Positions 56,510-64,000 of a DNA stretch of 64,000 nt are shown here, piece by piece. Within the stretch, counting starts at the first letter, position 1; each line of letters begins with the position of its first letter. Both the position numbers and the translations under genes were made by a program. The notes beneath the pieces are model-generated. The model had not been told where the DNA came from. It ran no database searches and saw nothing but the letters and a program-made list of their open reading frames with translations. This DNA is from an uncultured Planctomycetaceae bacterium. GTDB lineage: Bacteria; Planctomycetota; Planctomycetia; Pirellulales; PALSA-1355. The stretch spans positions 128,001 through 192,000 of the forward strand of contig CAWAUV010000004.1 in NCBI GenBank assembly GCA_963785305.1, in the 5' to 3' direction.

Positions 56510-56596
56510 CGCCGCTTCGCCCGAAGATTGGAAAAACGACTCGCGACGTTCGATTTTATTACTCGCACACACCCCGGCGACTTGGGAGTATTCGGC

Positions 56597-57896
56597 ATGT
56601 TGTTTCATCGCTCGATGTTGCTTTCCGCGGCGATCCTCTGTATCGGCTCGCTCGCCCTGGCCGATGATTGGCCGCAGTGGCGAGGTCCGGAGCGCGACGG
56701 CGTGTGGCGCGAGACCGGCGTCGTCGCCAAGTTCGCCGGGCCCGAGCTCAAGCTCCTCTGGCAAGCGCCGGTGGGCAGCGGTTATAGCGGGCCGACGGTC
56801 GCCCATGGACGCGTCTATGTCACCGATCGGATCGTCGATCCCTCGCAGCAGGAACGGGTTCACTGTTTCGACGCCAAAACCGGCGCCTCCGATTTGGAAG
56901 CATGAGTACGAATGCGCCTACGATATCGGCTATTCGGCTGGCCCGCGGGCCGCGGTGACGATCGACGACGGCCGCGCATATTCCCTGGGAGCGATGGGTA
57001 ACTTTTTCTGCTTCGACGCCGCCACCGGCAAAATTCTTTGGCAGCATGCGCTCGGGCCTGAATACAAAGTGCGAATGCCGATTTGGGGTCTCGCCTCGGC
57101 GCCGCTGGTCGAGGGCGACTTGGTGGTGGTGCAGGCCGGCGGCGAAGGGGCTTGCCTCGTGGCGTTCGACAAGAAAACCGGCGCCGAGCGCTGGCGAGCG
57201 CTCGACGATCGGGCCTCGTATTCCGCTCCGATCATGATCGAGCAAGCCGGCAAGCGAGTGCTGGTCTGCTGGACCGGCGACAACGTCGTGGGGCTTGACC
57301 CCCTCTCGGGCGAAGTCTACTGGAAGCATCCCTTCGTGCCGACGCGCATGGTGATCAATATCGGCACCCCGGCCATCAGCGGCGATCGGCTGTTCGTCAG
57401 TTCGTTTTACGACGGCTCGCTGATGTTGCGACTGGGCCACGACAAGCTCGCCGTGAGCGAAGTCTGGCGCAAGCTCGGCCCCGACGAGCAGCACACGCGC
57501 AGCCTACATGCCATGATCGGCACCCCTTGGATCTTGGGCGACTATGTCTATGGAGTCGATAGCTACGGCGAGCTGCGGTGTCTCGACGCCGAGACCGGCG
57601 ACCGTGTGTGGGAAAGCCTCGAAGCCACGCCCAAGGCTCGCTGGTCGACGATCCACATGGTGCGCAACGGCGACCGGATGTGGCTCTTCAACGAGCGTGG
57701 CGTGCTGATCATCGCCCAACTCTTGCCCGATGGTTACCACGAGATCAGCCGCGCGAAACTGATCGAGCCGACACGAGTGCAGTTGCCGCAGCGCGGCGGC
57801 GTGGTGTGGACGCATCCGGCGTTCGCCGACCGGCACATTTTCGTGCGCAACGATGACCGGCTTGTGGCCGCGAGCTTGGCCGAAGGCGAGAATTGA
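56597..57896 (+). CDS. Secreted PQQ-like/BamB-type beta-propeller protein; frameshift near 56890
   Basis: Signal peptide, DDWPQWRGPERDG, repeated CFDAxTG...W blades, and WTHPAFADRHIFVRND. Confidence 0.88.
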
Positions 57897-57929
57897 AGGC
57901 CGAGGGGCCTCCGTTTGCAGCTTCCCGCG

Positions 57930-59747
57930 TTAGCCTCCTTGCCACCAGAGCTTTCGAAAGACCGGCCGCGGGCCGGCCCACTGCTTGCCGCCGATCAGCC
58001 GCTCGCCCTTTTCGTAATATGCCCTGAGCGAGAGCAGGTCGATGTCCTGCCACGACGATAATTCCTCGCCGTCGTCCGTCTTGAAGTTCTTTGGCTCAAG
58101 CGAAACGGTTTGCCAATCCTTGCCACCGTCAAGCTTCACGACCGCCACGAATTCCCGTTGCATGCCCCGATACGAACGGAAGAAGTTCTCAGTCAGCACG
58201 ATCACAAGGTCATTCGGTTTTTCGGACTGGACTTCCAACGCCAAAAGTTGTCCGGCCCGTCCACGCCATTTCGGATCGGTCAGCTTTCGAGTCGAGAACT
58301 CCCAATGATGCGGGTTGTCGGCCGACAACGTGTACCAATCCCGCCAACCGCCGGCAAAATCATCGATCACGGGTTCCAACGCGTCGGTTGCCTTGACTTC
58401 GGCTTTGATCAGGTCCCCGGGCGCGGCCGCCTGAAGCATGGAGCTGATCGCGAACGTGTCGGTCGGCGCGGCATGAGGTTCCGATGCGCATTGGGGCATG
58501 TGATAGGAAACATTCGCGAAGGCGAACAGGGGCAGATCGACACTTAGAATCGGCAGCTTTGCCGCCCAAGTATCGCCCGACTTCGTGGCCTCGACGGATC
58601 GCCAGAATCGTGCTCTTGGATCGGGATCGACCGAGTAATAGAGGTGGACTTCAGCCACGGCCCGCGACGTGTCGGGCGCCACTTGAAACTCGGGAACATG
58701 GTCGTCGGTCGCCAGCGCGAGCTTCGAATCCGGCGTCTTCGGAAATGTAAAGCTGCCCTTGAGAAACTCGTCGAACCAGAGCGATCGCGTCACGGCGAAC
58801 TCCGGAGTGAATCGATGATTCATGTGGGGCGTGAAGGAATACCGCACATTCTGGTGCGGAATCAAGACCCCGGTGCGGTAGGTGTCGTCCATCAGCCCGT
58901 GGAAATCATTGGTCGTGCCGAGCCACAGCAGAGGCGCGGTGATGTGGGGCGCATAGGACTCGAAACCGAGCGTCGCATCGAATAGCTTCACGTCGCCGTT
59001 GGGCAATTGCGGCTTGTAGCGGGGCAGGAGCGGCCAAGACTCGTCGCGAAATCCCGATCCGCCGACGGACGGCGCGGCGACTTTGAGCCGGTTATCGCTG
59101 CCCGCGACGTAAACGGTCAGATTGCCACCCATCGAGTGCCCATAGACGCCGAGCTTGTCGGGATCGACCTCGGGCTGCTGTTCCAAGAAGGTCAGACCGC
59201 GCCGGGCGCCGAGCGTGAGCAAATACCAATTGTTGTTCCGCGGCGACTCGAACGGATCGAGGTATTTGTCGCCGGGCTGAAGGTTCGCGTAGCCCGGGAC
59301 ATTGTTTTGCGTTGGATCGACGGCGCCCCAGTCGGTGTTGGGATCGCCTTCGTGGGCTTCTTCCATCGGGCGACCGCCCCAATTGATCGAGAGACACACA
59401 TAGCCTCGCCGAGCATGGAACTCGACCTCGTTCAAGAACGCCCGTTGACCGCCGCCGTGAATGTGGAGCAGAGCGGGCGCCTTCACCGCGCCTCGCGGAA
59501 CGGCATGGAAGGCCGCCATGCGAGCCGGCTTGCCCTTGAATGTGCCGATGTGGAATGTCACATAGCGAAAAACGATGCCGTCCTTCTCCCACTGCCGCAC
59601 CAAGTGGGCGTCGAGCGGTTCTTTTCGGGGATCGAAGTCGGCGAAGAGCACCTTGACCGTGGTGGGGGCCTTTGGTGCTTTGGCGCGAACGACGCTCGGC
59701 AGGAGAAAAGTCATGCCGATCGCGATATTCCAGGCGCTGAGCTTCAT
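57930..59747 (-). CDS. Secreted alpha/beta-hydrolase (dienelactone hydrolase / acetyl-xylan-esterase-like) with a C-terminal beta domain
   Basis: LLHIHGGGQ, QPEVDPDKLGVYGHSMGG (nucleophile elbow), TNDFHG and PHMNH. Confidence 0.85.
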   Translation of the reverse strand: MKLSAWNIAIGMTFLLPSVVRAKAPKAPTTVKVLFADFDPRKEPLDAHLVRQWEKDGIVFRYVTFHIGTFKGKPARMAAFHAVPRGAVKAPALLHIHGGGQRAFLNEVEFHARRGYVCLSINWGGRPMEEAHEGDPNTDWGAVDPTQNNVPGYANLQPGDKYLDPFESPRNNNWYLLTLGARRGLTFLEQQPEVDPDKLGVYGHSMGGNLTVYVAGSDNRLKVAAPSVGGSGFRDESWPLLPRYKPQLPNGDVKLFDATLGFESYAPHITAPLLWLGTTNDFHGLMDDTYRTGVLIPHQNVRYSFTPHMNHRFTPEFAVTRSLWFDEFLKGSFTFPKTPDSKLALATDDHVPEFQVAPDTSRAVAEVHLYYSVDPDPRARFWRSVEATKSGDTWAAKLPILSVDLPLFAFANVSYHMPQCASEPHAAPTDTFAISSMLQAAAPGDLIKAEVKATDALEPVIDDFAGGWRDWYTLSADNPHHWEFSTRKLTDPKWRGRAGQLLALEVQSEKPNDLVIVLTENFFRSYRGMQREFVAVVKLDGGKDWQTVSLEPKNFKTDDGEELSSWQDIDLLSLRAYYEKGERLIGGKQWAGPRPVFRKLWWQGG

Positions 59748-59862
59748 CGTGACTCCCTGGGTCAAATAAAGGTCGATTCCGACCGGGCCTGAACCGCATT
59801 GATAGTTGGGACGACGAGCCGGACAGCGCGCTGATCCGGACAGGCACGCCGAGCCGGACAGC

Positions 59863-60837
59863 CTAATAATTCGGCGTCGGCGGGCGGTAGTTCTCGACGT
59901 CGATCGTGCGAAACCAGTCGATCGTCTTGAGCAGTCCGTCGCGCAGCCGCACGGTTGGCCGCCAGCCGAGCCGTGCCTCAGCCAGTCGGCAATCGGGCCG
60001 ACGGCGTGTCGGATCGTCGGCCGGCAGCGGTAGGAAGGTGATTTCCGCGCGCGAGCCGGTCAGTTCTCGCACCAGCGTGGCGAGCTCGAGGATCGTGAAT
60101 TCGTCGGCGTTGCCCAGATTGATCGGGCCGGTGCAATCGTCGGGAGCGTTCATCAAGCGAATGAGCCCCTCGACCAGATCGTTGCGATAGCAAAACGAGC
60201 GAGTTTGGCTGCCGTCGCCATGGAGCGTGAGCGGCTCGCCGGCCAGCGCTTGACGAATTAGGTTCGACACCACGCGACCGTCGAACGGATGCATCCGCGG
60301 GCCATAGGTATTGAAAATCCGCGCGATTCGGATATTCACGCGGTTCATGCGGTGGTAGTCCATGAACAGCGTTTCGGCCACGCGCTTGCCTTCGTCGTAG
60401 CAAGCCCGCGGACCGATCGGGTTCACGCAGCCCCGATACGACTCGGGCTGCGGATGCACTTCGGGATCGCCATAGACTTCGCTGGTCGAGGCTTGCAGCA
60501 CCTTGGCCCGGCAACGTTTGGCCATGCCCAGCACATGCATCGCGCCGAGCACCGAGGTCTTGGTGGTTTTGATCGGGTTGAATTGATAGTGGCCGGGCGC
60601 GGCGGGGCAGGCGAGGTTGTAGATTTCGTCGACTTCGAGACGAATCGGCTCGGTCACGTCGTGGCGAACGAACTCGAAATTGGGCTGGTCGAGCAGGTGA
60701 ACGATGTTGCTCTTCTGGCTCGTGAAGAAATTGTCGAGGCAGATCACGTCGCATCCCTCTTCGAGCAATCGCTCGCAAAGGCGCGAACCCAAGAATCCGG
60801 CGCCTCCGGTCACCAGCACACGGCGTTGTCCAGGCAC
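59863..60837 (-). CDS. uxs: UDP-glucuronate decarboxylase (UDP-xylose synthase)
   Basis: [52 protein letters not shown] and DDPTRRRPD. Confidence 0.92.
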   Translation of the reverse strand: MPGQRRVLVTGGAGFLGSRLCERLLEEGCDVICLDNFFTSQKSNIVHLLDQPNFEFVRHDVTEPIRLEVDEIYNLACPAAPGHYQFNPIKTTKTSVLGAMHVLGMAKRCRAKVLQASTSEVYGDPEVHPQPESYRGCVNPIGPRACYDEGKRVAETLFMDYHRMNRVNIRIARIFNTYGPRMHPFDGRVVSNLIRQALAGEPLTLHGDGSQTRSFCYRNDLVEGLIRLMNAPDDCTGPINLGNADEFTILELATLVRELTGSRAEITFLPLPADDPTRRRPDCRLAEARLGWRPTVRLRDGLLKTIDWFRTIDVENYRPPTPNY

Positions 60838-60914
60838 GATGGATTGATTCCCTTGGAATGAAGTTCTCGGCGCCCCGCGAGCGTTGCGCGGCATTCGTGG
60901 CTGCCCGGATTACG

Positions 60915-62224
60915 TTAAACGACGCTCGGCCGGCCGATCGAATGATACACGAAGCCGGCTTTTTTCATTTGCGAGGGGCTATAGATATTGCGGCCGTCGA
61001 AGATCACGCTGTCGCGCATCAGCTTCCGCATTTCGTTGAAGTCGGGATGCAGAAACTGTTTCCATTCGGTCATGATGACCAGCGCGTCGGCGCCGGCCAG
61101 GGCCATGTTGGGCAGCGTGGCATAGGCGAGCCGGTCGCCATAGAGCGCTTGCACATGCCGCGTTGCTTCCGGATCGTGGACCTGAAGGCTCGCGCCCTGC
61201 TCGAGCAAGCGATCAATCAACGCCAAGGCCGGGGCCTCGCGGATATCGTCGGTGCGCGGTTTGAACGAAAGTCCCCAAATCGCGATCGTGCATCCCTGGA
61301 GCCGGCCGCCGAAGTGTTTTTCGATCTTGGGCAGCAAAGTCAACTTTTGCTTGGCGTTCACGGCGTCGACCGCTTCCAAGATGCGCGGCTCCATGCCGCA
61401 GTCGGCGCCATCGAGGCCAAGGCCCGCACGTCTTTCGGAAAGCAACTGCCGCCGTAGCCCACGCCGGGAAAGAGAAACGCGAAGCCCAATCGGCTATCGT
61501 GGCCGATGCCGCGTCGCACATCGTTGATGTCGGCGTCCATGCGCTCGCAGAGATTGGCCATTTCGTTGATGAAGCTGATTTTGGTCGAAAGCAGCGCGTT
61601 GGCGACGTATTTCGTCATCTCGGCGCTCTCGGGCGACATGACCAGAAACGGCTTCTCGGTTCGCAGAAAAGGAGCATACAGCTCGCGCAGCGTCTCGGCG
61701 ACTTCGTTCGATCGCACACCCACCACCACGCGATCGGGCTTATTGAAATCCTCGATCGCGGCGCCTTCCTTCAAGAACTCGGGATTGCTGGCCACCTGGC
61801 ACTCGCGCCCGGTGAGCTGCTTGAGTCGATCGTGAATCTTGCGGTTCGTGCCCACCGGCACGGTGCTCTTGGTGACGACAATCGTCTCGGGCGTCAAGTG
61901 CGGCGCGACCGCTTCCACGACCGACCACAGCGCCGAAAGATCGGCCGAGCCGGTGTCGGAGCTAGGCGTGCCCACGGCGAGAAACACGAAGGCTGCTCGG
62001 TGGGTGGCGGCGGCCAAGTCGGTGCTGAAATTCAATCGTCCGGCGGCGGCGTTGTGGGCGACCATTTCGGCGAGGCCCGGTTCATAGATCGGAATGCGGC
62101 CCTTTTCGAGCGCGGCGACTTTTCGCGCGTCGATATCGACACACGTCACCTCATTGCCGCTTTCGGCGAAGCATGTTCCCGTGACGAGCCCGACGTACCC
62201 CGCGCCCACGACCGCGATTTTCAT
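60915..62224 (-). CDS. ugd: UDP-glucose 6-dehydrogenase; frameshift near 61410
   Basis: [41 protein letters not shown] and [10 protein letters not shown]. The next frame has [13 protein letters not shown] and DGRNIY. Confidence 0.95.
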
Positions 62225-62489
62225 AAACCAAAACCCATGCCGGACAAACATGCGACTCGGGCAGCGCCGACCGCGCCTCGAGCGTGCCTCTTTTCGTTGA
62301 ACAAGCATTTAATTATGCTCGGCCACCCGAGTCCCGGCAACGGTGGGGAATTCCCCGCGCGCTCGGCGGCGCATTTTCGCGTCGACGCATGGCGATTTCG
62401 AGAAGATCGTGGCGGGGAAAGTCCGCGCTTCCGTGGATAGACACGTCTGGGATTATGTGTTTTTTGTGTTTCTAGGGTTTTTAGGGCTT

Positions 62490-63662
62490 TTAGGGTTTCG
62501 GCCGAAATTTTCCAAAGCGGATATTTGTCCGGTGGCGGTCCTTCGTGCCACTGTCCCACACGGCGCGGTAATCGCCGGGCGACACTTCGATAAGCGTCGG
62601 ATACGAATTATGCGCGCCCGAATCGTAAAAAGTCTTTTCTTCGCCCCATGCGCCGCCAGCCGGGGCGAGCTTGTATCGCAAGGCCATGCGGCTCCAGGCG
62701 GGCCCATCGTTGTAGACATAAATATGCTCGCCGCCCGAAGAGCAACCGTAGAAGCACTTGGACACGCTGTTCCATAGTTCGGGCTCGGGCTTGGCCATGC
62801 TCCAGGTGCGGCCGCCGTCGCGGCTGGTGCTCGAATAGGCCCGGGGTGGGTCGAGCGATTGGCCCGATTTGTCGAAAGTCGCCGTGCGCATCATGATCTT
62901 GAGCTCGCCCGGCGCGGCGCCCTCGGCGATATTGCCTTCATGGGGAAACACATTTTCGGGCCGCGGCACGACACCGGCCAAGCGCCATTCGAGCAGGCTG
63001 GTGCTGGTGAGCACGAACTGTTCGCGCGTGCCCATCGGATTGTTGCTGCGCGAGTTGATGTGCGCCGGCAGCAGATAATGTGTTTTGCCATCTTTCTCAT
63101 AGGCTTGAATTCCGGCCACCACGATCAGCGGGCCGGTGTAGTGCATCGCCATTTCGACGGGGGTCCAGCTTAGGCCGCCATCGGCGCTGTAGGCGGCGGC
63201 CAAGTGAGCGTCTTCGCTGTTCGGCGCGTTCATCGGGCAGCGCTGGCAAAAGCACCACAGCACATCTTGCCCCGGCGGTTTGAAAAGAATCGAGTTGTTG
63301 TAGGAAAACTGAATCGAGCCCTGCCAGTGGTCGTGGTCGAACACCACGACCGGATAGCCCCAGGTGTCGCCATCGTTGGTCGACACGCTCGCGTAAATAT
63401 CGCCCATGTCGGTCTTGCCCGGCAGGCCGGCGCCATAGGACACGACCAAATGCCTCGGCTTCCACTGGGCGATGTAGGGCTCCCATACCAAATTGGCGCC
63501 GGCGTGGTCTTCCATCCGCCGCACGACGCGCACATCGGCCACATCGCCCGAATAGGCTGGGTCGCGCTGCTCGGCGGCGCGGCACGCTTCAACGAGCCCG
63601 GAAGACGGAGCGAAGGACACGATTGCCACGAGGGCGAGAACGACGCTGACGCTACGATTCAT
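62490..63662 (-). CDS. Secreted sialidase-like / BNR (Asp-box) repeat protein
   Basis: Signal peptide, three Asp boxes (STNDGDTW, SADGGLSW, SRDGGRTW) and NSYPTL. Confidence 0.85.
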   Translation of the reverse strand: MNRSVSVVLALVAIVSFAPSSGLVEACRAAEQRDPAYSGDVADVRVVRRMEDHAGANLVWEPYIAQWKPRHLVVSYGAGLPGKTDMGDIYASVSTNDGDTWGYPVVVFDHDHWQGSIQFSYNNSILFKPPGQDVLWCFCQRCPMNAPNSEDAHLAAAYSADGGLSWTPVEMAMHYTGPLIVVAGIQAYEKDGKTHYLLPAHINSRSNNPMGTREQFVLTSTSLLEWRLAGVVPRPENVFPHEGNIAEGAAPGELKIMMRTATFDKSGQSLDPPRAYSSTSRDGGRTWSMAKPEPELWNSVSKCFYGCSSGGEHIYVYNDGPAWSRMALRYKLAPAGGAWGEEKTFYDSGAHNSYPTLIEVSPGDYRAVWDSGTKDRHRTNIRFGKFRPKP

Positions 63663-64000
63663 GGGGAGTGCTCCACGCGTTGTGCAAAGTAAGCGATTCA
63701 GGGAAAACCGAATTGCGAGTCTTGATCTCCGCCGCATTGTGTTCTGAATTGGACTGTCTTCTGAATGGGATTGTTCGGAGGCGACGAGCAATTCGCCGGC
63801 GGGAGAAATCGCGAAAGATCGCCCCATGCGGTACACTACGAACGATCTCCGGCGCCCCCGTTTTGTATACCACCGGCAGCCGCGGAGCACGAGAATCTCG
63901 CGCGGTTCCCCCAACAAAATCCGCGGCGACCCATACCTCGAACTCAAACCGCCCGTCGGGCGACCGATTCCCAGCGTATTCGTTTCACTGAATAGGAGCC

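Noticed and set aside
62455..62499. Telomere-like 9-bp repeats (tagggtttt / tagggcttt / tagggtttc)
   Set aside because: Only three imperfect units, overlapping the sialidase-like stop codon. Best explained as local slippage in an AT-rich promoter region.

Overview
GC-rich bacterial chromosome segment, very probably a planctomycete (Pirellulales-like). This is inferred from a LExR-x-LL(S)-type N-terminal motif, DUF885, PQQ-propeller, Tat-Gfo/Idh/MocA and sialidase-like genes, and ECF/anti-sigma style. Housekeeping genes: LysR-gltB-gltD, xerD, galE, leuB, purine nucleoside phosphorylase, infA, acpS, ugd-uxs. About a dozen long genes are split by single-base indels that look like long-read assembly errors, so I stitched them across frames. 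The most interesting items are: (1) a translationally coupled operon of an HscC-type Hsp70 with two J-like proteins, neither having an HPD motif; (2) an apparently exported TPR-CHAT protein lacking both catalytic residues, next to a LExR-motif protein and a ~2,190-aa membrane protein; (3) an ECF sigma whose putative anti-sigma carries a vWA domain with a degenerate MIDAS site; (4) two abutting MITE-like elements sharing a CTAG, one of them present three times in the window; (5) a candidate orphan sRNA plus a 16-bp tandem repeat convergent with an HNH nuclease; (6) a tandem pair of GT-C-like membrane glycosyltransferase paralogues. No rRNA, credible tRNA, CRISPR array, transposase or prophage was seen. 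All family calls come from motif recognition by eye; no searches were run.
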